64,000 nucleotides of DNA from Marsupella aquatica (Eukaryota > Plantae > Marchantiophyta). The DNA is taken from positions 24,541,520 through 24,605,519 of the forward strand of contig OZ316893.1 of the NCBI GenBank assembly GCA_973895155.1, written 5' to 3'. How positions within the stretch are numbered: position 1 is the first letter of the stretch; each line of letters begins with the position of its first letter. Position numbers and translations under genes: made by a program. The notes below the pieces were generated by a model. That model did not search any database. It was not told where the DNA came from and saw nothing but the letters and a program-made list of their open reading frames with translations. Shown here piece after piece: positions 1 through 13,684 of the stretch.

Positions 1-2043
1 GGGGGGGGATCGATTGAAGGCGATTGTGGATGAGCATTTTTCGGTTGCACAGTTGAGTCAAATTGATTTCACCAGTCCAGCAGGGCTGGCATCATTGAGT
101 GCCCTTCTGGGCCAAGCCTTGCAAGCAGGTCTCATTGCAGGGCAAGCAGCAGTGGAGGAGGATGCAAGGAAGGCAGCAGAGTAGGCGGCTGCTGAGAGGA
201 AGCGAAAGAGGGACGAGAGAGCTCAGGCTGGAGTGCTCTCGCCTCAAGCATTGGAAAAGAAGAGGAGGAAAGATGAGAGAGACCTGATCAGGAAACAGAG
301 GGAGGAGCAAAGAAAGAAGGAGGCAGCAAGGAGGAAGCTGCCTCTGATTACTTTAGAGGATGAGGGGATTCCCACCGAGCTTGCTTACAATGGGGCCAAG
401 AGCACAATCAGGCACATTGTATCCACAAATTTTGCAAGAGGAGTCGAGTGGGGCACTCGCTCAAAGGCAGAGCAGAAGCGAGTCATCAATCAGGTGAAAG
501 ATGCATTTCGAAATGGAGGAGAGATGGATTCACAGTGGCTTGCTGACAAAATTTCAAACTCCATGTCACAAGCTAGATACCATGATAGAATGAAGATCAG
601 GTCTCACCTTAGAGATTTGGAGGAGTATAGGAATTTGCAGAGGCCGCTGCAATTCTCATAAGATATCTGGCAGGCCTTCTACCAGACAGAGGTGAAGTTG
701 AAAGCAGCCAGGCTCCTCAATGATTTCACAGAGAAGCTGGCAAAGGCTCGAAGGGCAAAGGAGGCCGGGAAGTCTGATCGGGACCTGAAGGTGATGGAGC
801 AGAAGGTAGCCCAGCTCCAGCAGGTTGTAGCAGAAGTAGGCGATCCACCCAACAAGTTCCTGAAGGCAGCTGAGCGAGTCCGAGACAAGCCCAACATCAC
901 CCACAGGCTGGGTCAAGGTGGCCTCCCCGGCCTCAAAGCAGCATTCGTGAGTGCACCTCCCTCTCCTCCCTTGACTTCTTGCTACTCCAATTCCTATTCC
1001 AACACACCTGCAATGAGCCAACTCTTTCTTGCATTTCCACCAAGTAGTTACAATTAGACTTGTTGTGTCAAATTAGGTCACGTACAATTGCTTCCCTCTT
1101 GGGTTTTTGCCATGACAGAGTTTGCGATACATTTGCGATGCGGGTAGCTTCGCAAATCCTTCGCAAACCTTATTATGCCCTTTTTTTGCTTACGTTTGCG
1201 AAGGCGTTGCGAAGACGTTCGCATCGCAACCAGCTTCGCAAACGTAATTGTCCTTATGATTGCGAAGCTGGCGCCTTCGCAAAATTTCAAAAATTTGAAT
1301 TTTTAAATTTTCCGATCGTTTAAGTGTTCTTTGAGGGTCTTCCCCATATATGCCACCCTCCATAACCCCAAAACCTTGATGCACCACCCCACCAGCCCCA
1401 ACAAACCCCCTAATTTTTAGAAGCCATGTGAATCGGGTTATGGGTTGGTGTTAACCCAATTGTGCTGGTTTTGTTTTGGCTTAGTACAAGAGGTACAAGA
1501 GGAAGATTACGGCGGCTGAGATGGAGGTGGGCCAGAAACATGGGAAGGAGCATCTCTTTCAGCAAGTTGATGAATTATTGGTGAGAATTTTTAGGTTATT
1601 ACATTCATTGCAATTTTGAATGAATATCTCTTTTGTTCACACTTGTAAAGAATATGAGACTAACAGACACCCTGGTTTGCTAATGGAAGCAGGGAGGGGA
1701 GGATGGTGACTCCCATACCGAGGGTGGCATCGATAGTAGTGATGAGGATGTGGAGGGGACAGGGGAGGGGAGCACAGCTCCTGCTACTCAAGCCAGGCCA
1801 ACTAGCACTGGAGACCAGTCATTTGCATCAGCACGTTCCAGTGGTGCTGGGGGTGGTAGCGCGGCAAGCCAGGGCGGTGGAGGTGGGGATGAGGATGAGG
1901 ATGAGGATGAGGGTGACCCCAAGGGTGACCAAGAGGAGGAGGAAGTCCAGGTTGCACCCCCCCAAGAGCACACAAGGGCAAGGAGAAGGCCAAGGGGAAG
2001 AAGGCAAGGAGGGGCAGGAACACTCCTTTCTAGCTCGATGTAG
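1..2043 (+). pseudogene. CACTA TnpA-like (Ptta/En/Spm-type) protein, spliced, with premature stop
   Basis: ORFs 233-661 and 692-946 share a frame across one TAA. HRLGQGG motif precedes a GTGAGT donor at 947. A 96-nt exon (1485-1580, AG/GT bounded) and an acidic last exon (1693-2043) stay in frame. Confidence 0.6.
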
Positions 2044-2821
2044 ACAAGTTGTAGCTAGAGCACTTACATCGAGTTCACATGTATAGCGATCAGCATGCAT
2101 GGCCGTGGCACTTTACCTAAGGGTTTTTACCCTTCCATTTTGTAACTTTTGTACTTTTTCAGTAATGCCATTTTAATTGCGGCAGACTGGGTCAACATCA
2201 CTTTCCTCCCTCCTTCAAAACCCATGAATGGTCTCCCTCACCCTCACCCTAACCCAAATACACAAAAACCCATGAAATATACATTTTGCGAAGCTTTTGA
2301 GAACCAACCCCCATCTCAAAGAGCCACGGTGAACGTATCGCAACCATTCCGAGGAGAAACGCATCGCAACACTTGCAATGTTGTCTAAATCACAACCCTA
2401 GCGAAGACTTACTCTCCACACGTTTGCGAGTTAAATGCCTTCGCAACAAAGCGGTCATCCGCTTCTCACAATCTTACGAGTTTGTTTGCATCGCAAGTTA
2501 TAGAGAAATTTAACATCGGAAATTGCGATGTAAATGTTATCGCAACGCGAGCGATTCATTTGTTCTCGCAAAATAATGAAATTTGTCGTTTCTCAATATT
2601 TGCAAGGACAGTGCCGTCGCAACGTTGCGGAGATGTTGCGACGTATTTAGAATCGCAAGTTGCGAAGTAGTTGCGAAGGGCCGTTTGCGAAGAATTTGAG
2701 ATGGGAAGTAGCGAAGACATTGCGATGCGAGTAAGTTCGCAAATTGGGTATTTCGGATTTTGTTTCCTTTGTATGATGCGAAGGGTGGTGGTTCGCAAAA
2801 GAGGTGCATAGTGTTGTAGTG
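1..2821 (+). mobile_element. CACTA (En/Spm) DNA transposon, 3' part (runs off window start)
   Basis: Ends in ...GTGTTGTAGTG at 2821 (reverse complement CACTACAACAC). Dense TTCGCAA/TTGCGA subterminal repeats at ~2285-2800. Contains a spliced TnpA-like ORF. Confidence 0.8.
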
Positions 2822-4599
2822 CAGGTCAACATTTGTTACAACTAAGTTACATTTAGTTGAGATCAAATGATGATTAATGGCGATCATGGTGCAGACATTG
2901 AATTGACAGTACTTCAAGTTTTTTAGGTGTTTGTTTTGAGTTTTCATGGTTTTGTTTCTGTGCTATGTCCCCCATCCTATTGCATCAAGAGACTTAGTTT
3001 TTCAACCATAGCTTTGTCATCAAAAGTCTGTTTGGGCTTCGGAGTTGTTATAGTGCCCCCTAGCTGTATATAATGTTTGTTACTAACTCTAAAAATTCAT
3101 TGCTCCTGGTTGAACATGAGGTCCACAAACTAATTGAGCAGTAGATGTCGAGGTCCTCTGTTCGAAGCAAGGTGAAGACAAATATCAGTCTATTCATTAA
3201 AACTGGAAAATTATTTAATCTTTGGACATTTAGGCACCAAATATATATATTTGGTCACAAGAATTGTACATTTGGGTAGTGGTAGTTGTACATTTGGGCA
3301 CCAGATCATGTACATTTGGGGGATCAAGATTGTACAAAGGTGAAAATAAAATATTAATTTGGATTCTAAAGAAAAATATTTGGGTGATAATAATGTAAAA
3401 TATGTTGTTGGATAAGAAGTAGAACATTGATTCAATCTGACTAATAGAATATAACTAGTAAAGCTCAATATGATCTCTACCCATATAACTAGTAAAGCTT
3501 CAATATGATCTCTACCCTAGCTAAACCTTCTACTTACTAAATGAAAGCATTTATATTAAACTTGAATGATACCTATCCATTCAAGTAATTTGTTACATTC
3601 TAAACAACTCGAGTTGAAACTAAGGTTTAATTACTAGTAAGTCAGAGGCAGTCACATCCTATCTGAATGGATATTAAGACTTCATGTAATATATAGTATA
3701 GTATTATCATTGATGTAATAATTAATTAAAGCAATTATAAAGGTATCCAAGTTCAATTACCTCTACCTATTCAAACTAGTATCCCAAAATATTATAATAG
3801 TTTCTTAGATATACTAGTACTAACCAACACTAAGTACTAAAGACATGATTCCAAACTAATTGACATAGACTCCCTCACTCTGAGAGAGTGACTACTAAAA
3901 AACATTTGACTTACTCAACAATCCCTTCCATGTAGGTTTTGAGTGTTTTCAAAACATTCTTGGGAACCAGCTTTGGAATGGTCAAACCTTTATCAATTAT
4001 ATTTTCTTCTCTAGAGCGTGACTTGAATCCATACATAGCAGAATTAGCAAACTGCCAACGTTCAGTGGCACTGTCAAACCCAAGATTCACCTCCCAAGTC
4101 TTAGTGGTCTGAAAGCAACGTGAATATCGCACATGATCCGGTGCATCATGTTTACCATGTTTAGGCCTCCACCATTGCACTTGGAACATAGGAGCATACT
4201 AACCGTGTACTAGTAGGAGAATTCTCATTGCATTGCAAGTCTCCTGAAGAAAGTTCTTCATGGTTTGGGCCCACAACACCCAAAGCTCTCACCAACCAGA
4301 AATGTTCTTTCCCATTCTTCTTTTCTCATTCATCCTCTGGACGGAGAAATACAAAGTGATCCTCTTGAATGTCCTGGAGAGGAATCCAACGTGCAAGTTC
4401 TTGCTCGTGTCGAGCACCAACAAATGTTGCAGCTTGATCCTCCACCTCTTCCAGGTACTCATTTTGAAGCTCCACCATTTCTGGATTCTGTGTACTACTA
4501 CTAGGCTCCCCCAACGGTTCAGAGGTTCCTGTACTATTCACCTTGTAACCAGTTCCGTGATTGGGTTTTGGCCAGAACTCATATGTCAATGCCAATTGT

Positions 4600-4901
4600 C
4601 TCGGGGGTTTCACTTCCACAAAAATGGCATATCATGTGCGACGAAGGATAGGGTCATTTTATTGGTTGTAAGGGAAGACTTAAGAATTTTTGTAGAAGAA
4701 CAATACGGTCTTTTTAATTCAATTTTGAGACTTATAAGAACATTAGGGTCTTTTTAATCCAATTTTTAGAATATTCCAAGAATATTCTATTCTAACTTTA
4801 TAGGGGTTAAAAAATAATATTTTTTTCTTGCATTTTAGGGGGTCCGAGGCCTGAAAACGTCGCAGGTGATGGGGAGGTCCCCATATAGTGAGACCCCCGA
4901 G
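4600..4901 (+). mobile_element. MITE, CTCGGGGG-TIR family, copy 1
   Basis: TIRs CTCGGGGGTTTCACT / AGTGAGACCCCCGAG; 8-bp TSD CCAATTGT (4592-4599, 4902-4909). Confidence 0.93.
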
Positions 4902-5772
4902 CCAATTGTATTTCTGCCTCCCCTTCAATTGTAAGCTCCCCAAATAATACTTGCACCACCATCTCCCTATATTTCACCAAAGGAAACCGCTCACGATATG
5001 TTGTAGAGGTCTCATCCTTACAACTCTTCTTCAAAAACTCGATGTAATGATTAAGGAATGGGATGATTTCTTCAACCTTGCCTCATACATCCCCGGAGAT
5101 GGGTTTTGCAAACGGTTGACCTTCTGGTAAAATGAGAGCATTGGCGTTGGAATCAATTCTCCAAATGGACCTTCTAGTTGGAGGGTACCAAGGTTGTTTC
5201 ACATGTGCTTTGTATTGATATATTGGAACATTATCTCTCATAGAGAAAAGAAATGCCACTGGTTTTGAGTGACCCTCTATGTCTTTTACCTTGAAAGTTT
5301 TCAAAAACTTTTTGTAAGCTGCAACCTCTTGAATCAACCATGGGACAGGATGAATGCTTAATTTCACACTCCCAAACCTCAGCCATGAAGTGAACCCCAA
5401 GAGGGTAGAAACCTCATTGTACTTCACTTGGTTGGATACTTTTGAAAACAATGCATCGACATCCTCATGGGTGTGACCAACCATGAGAAATGACATCTGC
5501 ACTATTTCAAAAACCCCTCTACTAACAAGCCCCTCACTGCAAAATGCCATCACATACTGGTTTTTGTTATCTTTCCCTGAATTATCCATTTGCAAGGTCA
5601 GGTGCCTTGGCAATGGTTTGAAAGAGGTAGACATAGCCTTGGGATCAACACCAATGAAAGTTGTCATCCACCATATTTGATAACCCAATATCTTGGTCAT
5701 CTTTAGCTCCTTGAAATCTAGCAATTGAGACTTTTTTGGGTTCTAAGTAACCTACGAGAAATGCTTCAAAGT

Positions 5773-8700
5773 TGTGACACGGGTAACGTGTCACTTGACC
5801 GAACCCAGGTCGTAGATTAGGACTTATACGGTCATTAGGACCGTAGCCATAGCGTAGAATAGCACGTATAGCCGTCAAGTTGCCATTATGATTAGATTAG
5901 GAGTAGGTTAAGATAACCGAACAATTACGAGTTCAGGAAAGGGATTATTACGCACGACCGAGGTACGGTGGCGGCAGCGGAGTAAAAATCAGTTAGAAGA
6001 ATCACGCTTGGACCGAGACGCCGACTTCAGCTCGTTATCAATGACCAAACGGCCTGACCTTCTCACGCTCGGGCTCATCCGGGCACCTCCATAAGAGAGG
6101 AGCCGATGGCACTGCGGGCCATTCGCTCATGTTTACCTTTTTGGAATTCACGGACGCTGCCATCCGCTTGCCTTTTCGATTGAATCCAGTCGACCTTTAC
6201 GAGGAAATTATCGAGGGAGAAGAGCAGAATGTGGCGAGATTTAGTCAGGACGAGCGAGGCCTCCGCGAAAAAGGACCAGCCAGGTGGGAACGTGGACGCA
6301 ACGAACCGGACTACGAGGTTAGTATGACCCTCACAGCCTTGGGATTTTGGACCTTGTTTGGCGAGGTAGGTGCTAAGTTCTCCGAGACTTACTGGTACTC
6401 TTGCCCCGAGAAAGCCGCTTACGAACGAAGGTACGCGAAGCTGGTAACCAAGGTAGCACTGGTTAATTGCGAAAGGACAGCCATCACCAGGGATTCTAGC
6501 TATAACGAGCTGCGAGACTACATCACCAAACTATATCTCAGCGAGGAAGGGCTTAGATCGGTAGCAGAGGCGATTCTTGAGGTTCCAGCTAAGTTCTTTA
6601 AGCTGAAGGGCAACCAGCGGCTTACTCAAGCGGAGTTCGACAAGATTCCAGGGTACCTAGACCAGCAGATCGCAGCCGAAAAGCGCCAAGAAGACATCAG
6701 CAGACAACGGGAAGCGGCGCGTAATCTCACGTTCCTCGGGGAAAGCTCCAACGCCTTCAACTGGGATATGGCTACCCCAGCGCCTCAACCGATGACCACC
6801 GGAGTACCGCCAAACCAGTCCCAAGTCCGTCTAGTAATCAACGCGGAGTGTTCTTCGGGTTCCGAGCGAGCTAGTCCGCAACTCGAACAGTGTCCTCGTA
6901 AGCGGTCAAGGACTATGACGGCCCCCGAATCAACACGGACCGACACCGTGCCTGCACCTGCCCCGGCAAACCCCCCGGCCAACCAGACCCGACGGCCCCT
7001 GGATAACCCGAAGTCCAACTTATTACAGGTAATCCGCGTCCCCGAGGTAGTCTGGATCGCGATCAAGAAACTTGAACATGCGGACTATCTCAAGGAGCAT
7101 CAGTTGGAGCGGTTTGCCCACTTACTATGGAGGCCGTGCGCCGCCGGGCCGAAGGAGATTTGTGAGTTCATCTCCAATTTCGACACTGATGCGTCAACCA
7201 CCAAGGTTTTGGGGCAGACCTTATCACTCACGGAGCATCGGTTAATGCAAATTTTTGGCCTACCAACCGGGCCGGTGCCGGTGGAAATCCGAATTTGGGA
7301 TAAGGAGTATACGCCGCGGCACTTCAAACCCGAGGGTAAGACGGACAACGGATACAAGCAGGGGGCGTGCACCAACTTAACCTGTATGGAGCGGCTTAAC
7401 TTCATACGGACTACCCTACACATGATTGAGCCACGGTCCGAGATTTCCCTCTGCACGATAGTGCAAGTGGAACAGTACAAACGACGAAACTGGGCCCAAT
7501 TCTTCTACCGAAGATTCTCGGGGGAGCTGAAGCGGGCTTAGGGTGGTATGGCTATTGGAGGGAAGACTTACTTGGGGAGTCATATCGCCATTATCCTCAC
7601 CTGGTACAAGGCACGGCGGGAGGCCAGAGGAAAGAATACGGCCACCTCAGCCCCGGGTAATGACACCCCCGCCCCAGAGGAGGCAACCCCGACTACGCGG
7701 ACTACTGTCCCTCAGACAAACCCCGAGCCGGAAGCCCCGACTAATACTCCGCAACCGCACCCTGCGGAAATTCCACCGCCTCCTTCCGTTGAGCCTCCGC
7801 TACCTGCAATACAACCACCCCCAATCCCTCCACCACCTGAAGAAACCTTCCCCTCCCCAGCGCTGACTACGGAGGAGCTCATTGCCCCTGCCGAGGAACC
7901 ACCGGTACCCGAGAGGATGGAGGACTACCAAGTAGCCCCGGGGACCATGGCCTATGACCTGGTCCAGAAGTTTAGCCAGACTATGTCTGGGGAGTTGGCG
8001 ACATACATCGGACAACAAGTCTCGACGTACTTTCAGCCAGCCTTCTTCATGTTAGAGCACCAACCACGGATCGTCAGCCGCTTGGAAGAAGAACTCATGG
8101 CGAAGGGGAATGAGATCGGGCGTCTCCAGATGCTGGTAGAGCACCTCGAGGAGGAGGCAACGACCCGCCGCGAGGATTTAGTCCGCACTGTCGAACAGAG
8201 GGACGGACTAACCCAGGAGTTAAGCGGAGCGCAGGCCGAACTCAAGAAGCTGGACGACACCGTGCTTCAATTACGCTCAGAATCTTCGGCTCGGGTTACC
8301 AGCCTGACCGACCTCAACAACAATTCCTACAGGCAACACAGCAGGTGGCTAGTCTCTCCGCCGAACGAGATAAATTGCTAGCGCAGGACCAGGTCCATCG
8401 CGACACCATCGACCAGCTCAACTTGGAGGTGGCGCGGCTCCAGACTGAAGCCGACGAAGCCGCAAACGAGGCGGAGGAAGCATTACGGGACAACAAGGCT
8501 TTGCAGGATCGCATCACCCTGCTCGTCCTCCAGCGGGGAAACCTGGGCCCACCTCTGATCAAGGCGGCTCGAGGTCTCGCCCCGACAAGGGGACCAGCCC
8601 TGGTCCAACCACTGCACACACGTAAGGGGTAGTTAGCGAAGGATAGAAGCAGGCGCCGCGCGAGGTGGTTAAGTCAGCGGCATCTTTTAGTTAGGCGTAA

Positions 8701-9606
8701 CGACAGAATGACTGTCATTAGGCGCCGATTAGCGGCAGTAGGAAGAATTAGGGCCGGTCAGTTAGGATCAGCCAACGTAGGATTGAGTCCATCAACGGAC
8801 TAGAGGTTGTCAGTAGGCTTGGCCGCCGCCATTCCGGTTGGCACACTCGTAGTCGACGGTCAACCGGTCAGTACAGCGCGACCGGTAGTCAGCAGTTAGT
8901 TAGTTAGTAGGTAGTACCCGGAAGGTAGTATCCTCCGGTTCTCTCCGCTATGGTAGTATTTAGGCTTCCCCTTCCGCGATGGGAAGGGGGAGAAGGCTTA
9001 GTTATCTCAGCAGAAGAAAGGCGAGGCACGGGGAGTCCCGGCCTGAGTAGGGTCAGAGCGTACCAAGGAGTGAGAGCCAGAGTCGAGCTTGCTGGGCAAG
9101 TGCGAGGCAGGGCCTTGTAGAGACTGGGCATCGATTGCCGTTGGGCCTGCTGACCCCCTTTGAAGTCGAGTCAACCATGTAAACTGATGCTTCACTGAGT
9201 AAATGTAGTCTTTTCCCCTTAATGTTTCTGAGAGTAACTGGTGTTGTGTGTATGCTTTGTCCGGGCAAAGGCGCCATGTTAAGGGACGTACCGGGTGCGG
9301 ACTAATGGTAGGGATTGCCACTCATTGCATGTCACAAGGTCCTGTCACGTCGATGGCTTGAAAAGCCCCAAGTCGGGAGTTAGTCCGCGTCACTAACTGA
9401 GGGAAAATTCCAGCGGTGGAAAATAAATATACCTATGACAAGTACGAATTATGCGAGTGTTATACCAGTAAGTATAGCGGCTTAGCCCGACTTAGGGCTA
9501 TTGAAGGTCACTACACACCTCCTTGCCCGAACCCTCACCCCTACTGGTGGTTGAGGTCGCACCACGACACTAACCCGGATTTAAGGCCCAGGGTAGGGGT
9601 GCGACA
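5773..9606. mobile_element. 3.8-kb solo LTR or LTR-like insertion carrying an ORF
   Basis: TG...CA ends (TGTGACAC / GTGCGACA, imperfect inverted repeat) and 5-bp TSD AAAGT (5768-5772, 9607-9611). No internal terminal direct repeats seen. Splits the transposase. Confidence 0.85.
6129..8632 (+). pseudogene. ~830-aa retrotransposon accessory protein (globular domain, Pro-rich linker, coiled coil) inside the solo LTR
   Basis: ORFs 6129-7541 and 7548-8381 share a frame across one TAG. One frameshift near 8320-8345 leads into the coiled-coil ORF 8345-8632. No gag/pol motifs. Confidence 0.65.
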
Positions 9607-11481
9607 AAAGTCCCCTTTGTAATCCTCCAGATCTCTAAGGCACTTGGCCAATGATGTCACTATGAAGTTTGCATCTCCCGCCCAAAGCCCAGTGAAACTA
9701 AAGTGAGCATACACTCCGGGATCCCTTCCATGGGTCAACATCCCAGTGATCGCATGCAATGGGGAGCGGTTGACCACTACCAGACAATGATTTAGGAGTG
9801 GGGACCAACCTAGGGATCCATGTCTTGGCTTGGTCCATCTTGTCATGTATAATTATGCAAAGATAGTTCTCAGGATCCTTCTTTGCAAGAACCCTATGAG
9901 CATAGTAAACATATCTCCTAGACATTTTCTCATGAAGATGATGAGCTCTTCTATCCTCAATCTCTAAACGCTCTTTCTTTCTCTTCTCCCGCATCAACTG
10001 ATCTTTGAACTCAGTGCAAAGTGTACACTTTGCAAATGCACTTCCCTTGTGCAAGTCAAAATTCATGAAGGACTCACTCGAGAGTTTATACATAGTGTTT
10101 TCACTCACCTTCACGTAGCCATCTAATTCCATTTTGGAGTATACCTCCTTAGAAATCTCTTTCTTTGTGAAACAAGATGGAAGTTTGTACTCAACTATGT
10201 CAGTACCATGAGACCCTCCATAGGGAAGATGCAGCATGGGTTCCCTGTTTTGGGTTAGTAAGAATGGACTCCAACAAAGCATGAGCGTGCAAGATGCGTC
10301 CCCGTGTCTTGTGTGAACCCTTGTTTCCGTGGAGTCCAACCGTGCAACCTGCTTTGTATTGATTTTTGTAATCATAATACTTGGCAATGTTGAATATATC
10401 CATGCATTTTAATAAATGCACCCTTGCATACAAGTCTACTTCTTACAATAAAATATCCTTTTGTCTCCACTTTCTTCTCCCTACGACCAAAAAGAGTGAA
10501 AATGTGACTGGTTTTGTTGTCGCTTGACATCCCATGGTATTCCCTCCTTATCGCCTGTAGGTATTCTCTCGGCATGTTGAGGCAACACTTCAACTTACAA
10601 CAACCTTCTCTTTGGATGAAGTCAATTTCCTCCTCTGTGATTTTCAGTATCGCCTGAGACTCCAGGTGCTTCTTCCTTTTTTCATCTGGGTTAACCTTTG
10701 TTCTCTTGATATATAAAATTATACGGCCGCTTTGAAAACTCAGTGTCACCTTTCATATCTACCTCTAGATGATCTTGACCATCAAAAATTGGCTACAGAG
10801 AAACCTCTTTAATGAGATATAGAAGAAAAATACCCCTTGATATCAGCATAAGTGAACAAACGGCCCACCTAACAAGACCAGGCACTCCGGGGGAAATATT
10901 TGGGAAAAATAGAGGGTCAATTAATCACGTGTGTGACCGCAACCCCAACGTGATCTAGCCCAAGAACCTCATCATCAATTGCACCTGACTCGAAAGGAAC
11001 TGTGATGATTCCAACCCTAACCTTGGTCCAATTATCATGAGCATACAATTCCACTTCCTCGGTAATCCAGTTAGCACGCAAACTATAATCCTTGAAATTA
11101 TAATTTCCAAAAACATCCCGTGTGGATGGATCGTCTAGTACATCTTGGGAAGAACTCCTCCGAGTAGCATCCTTTAAATTCCAAAGTACAAAAGTGTCCT
11201 TGAATGCTTCCTGAACGGTATCAGCTCTAGCATGCGGAAAGGGTAACCTCTCCCTTCCTTGAACAACTTCACATATTTTCACACTAATCCTAGAAGCGCC
11301 AAGTCTTTCGTTGTGACAGGTCTCATCGGGATTGGTCTTGAATACAAATCCACGAGACACAATCTGATTGCCAATCCAGAGCTCCACTTCATTGCCACAT
11401 ATAATTGAGTCTCCCAAACTTCCCACCAAAGATTTGTCTGGTACGCAACCGGGCAATGTATCCTTTGTAGAACAAGAGGCA

Positions 11482-11730
11482 CTTGGGGGGGGTCACTTCC
11501 ATGGAAGTGGCATATCACGTGCGACGAAGTATAAGGTCATTTAAATGGTTTTGGTGGAAGACTTATTAAGTCTTCAATGGAAACATAGGGTTGTTTAATT
11601 GCAAAATGCATACGTGTCATCACATGATTGGTGTCGTACAACTTTATAGAAAGTGACTCAGGGGGGTTATAATAAATGACTCAAACTGTCGCACGTGATG
11701 TATGACCCTTCATATAGTGACCCCCCCGAG
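11482..11730 (+). mobile_element. MITE, CTCGGGGG-TIR family (subfamily B)
   Basis: TIRs CTTGGGGGGGGTCACT / AGTGACCCCCCCGAG; TSD AAGAGGCA on both sides. Confidence 0.92.
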
Positions 11731-12064
11731 AAGAGGCATCCATTTGTGTTGTCACTGGAGTTGACTGTGACCCCAAATAGTGCAAGAGTCGATAGCATTG
11801 AATAGGATCCTGATTGGCGGCAAAGGGTATGGAATTTCTCGTGATCCCTCATAGCACTTTTCAATGAGAACTCCAACACGATTACTTCCCAAATCAACAT
11901 TACGCACTGGGTCACCCGGGTCAACCTTGAGGACGGTCCCGGAGGCAACTTCCACTCCGTCGATCACGAGGCAAACCTCATCTCCTCAAAAGAAAATCCC
12001 CATTGAAAACGTGGTCCAAACCTTTGGATGTAGTTACCTCGAGATGATCTTGAGGTAAAGTGAC

Positions 12065-12338
12065 CTCGGGGGTCTCACTATATGGATGCCTCCCAATCCC
12101 CTGCGACATTTTTAGGCATTAGACCCCTAAAATGTAAGAAAAAAAATATTTTTAAACCCCTATAAATTTGGAAATTTTGGTTAGAAAGACCCTAATGTTC
12201 TTATAAGTCTCAAAATCAAATTAAAAAAACCCTATTGTTCTTCTGCAAAAATTCTTAAGTCTTCCCTTCAAACCAAAAAATTGACCCTATCCTTTGTCGC
12301 ACATGATGTGCCATTTTTATGGAAGTGAAACCCCCAAG
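12065..12338 (-). mobile_element. MITE, CTCGGGGG-TIR family
   Basis: Reverse-oriented relative of 4600-4901; TSD AAAGTGAC on both sides. Confidence 0.92.
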
Positions 12339-13684
12339 AAAGTGACTAGCAAAAATGAACCAAAAGAATCGAGTGTAGAAGTTTATCCCCAAAACCATGT
12401 GATACAACAAATAAGAAACTCTTCTACCTCAAGACGATCTTGAGGTAGAAGAGGGACCAAAAAACCAAGATGTAAAGATTCAGAAGTCTGTAGCTCAAGA
12501 CAATCTCGACATAGAATATAAAATCTCAATGAAGAGGGAATTCAGATTCTATACTTCCAACTATCTATAAACCCAATTAGAAGAAGGACAATGGAATGCA
12601 TCTACTATCACACGAAAAGGAGATTAGCTAGAAGGCAACAATTAATAATTTTGAGGATCAAAACTAACGCTTGAGATGATCTCGAGCCAAAAAGGACACT
12701 GTACCTGACAAAGATACTATTATGAATAATAAGCTACCCAACATGAGAAATATATAATTGGCTATAGATGATCTAGATAGAGGTAAGATTTGGTGTTTGA
12801 CAGTGCAATACAGAAAGTAGGCTCCCAGAAGACTTCCAAACACTGAGAAATAGCTTCTAAAGGCCTCCAAATAGAGGGAAAAGGCTTCCAAATGGATTTT
12901 GACTGACATTAGTATAAGCTAAAATGGTTTAGTATTCTAAAATTTATGGGCTCAATTGTTTTAGACCTACTTCAGAGCTTAAAATGATAATGTCTTGACA
13001 TATCCTAAACACAAACGCAGAGTCCACAACCCTAAAAAAAACTAAGACAGAAAGAGATCAGAGCACAAATCTAGAGCCAGAGAGGGAGAGGGAGAGGGAG
13101 TAGAGAGAGGCAGAGGGAGCAAGGAGCGAGCAGTGAAACAAAATCAGAAGAATGACCCTTTGGCATGGAGAGGAAAGAGAAGCAATATATAAAATCCTCA
13201 TTGACAAAAAGGCCAATCAGACGGCTTGGTTGAACTTGTGGCAGGGCTAAACTTGTAGTAGGGCTGAAGTACATATAACAATAATGATAGTACGTGTGAC
13301 CGTAATCATGACTGTACCCACCCAACGTCACCTCGACGATACGCGTGAGTTAGGGGCTGCCTGCATGGCAGCCTGCATGAGGCCGTGGTGCGCGCCTCAG
13401 GGCCGAGCCCCGAGGGGCTTATAGTGCCGTGAGGGGGTTTGAACTCCTCATTTGCACATTTGCCTCCTTGCCTCCTCGCCTCCTTTGCGTCCCTTGCCTC
13501 CTCGCCTCCTGCCTCTAGATATTGCGTCGCTCTTGCCTCGAGATCCTTGTAGTTGCCTCAAGATATTAGAGGGTCAAGATTCTATTTTAGCCTAGAGATT
13601 TTAGAGGGTCAAGATTTTGCTTTTTGCCTCAAGATTTGTTTTGTCAATTATCAGCTAGTAGCACATTCCTCTATTCAACAGCCA

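Larger units (their letters stand above)
3911..11967 (-). pseudogene. Sola-like (DUF7869-type) DDD transposase with N-terminal Tnp1/En/Spm-like repeated domains; frameshifted and interrupted by a solo LTR and two MITEs
   Basis: Catalytic-type motifs IHDKMDQAKTW (~9840), LQMDNSGKDNKN (~5580) and FLMVGHTHEDVD (~5470). Cys-rich CCKLKCC and CTLC upstream. The reading frame rejoins (..YKGDF|EAFLVGY..) when 5773-9606 plus one TSD is removed. Confidence 0.75.
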
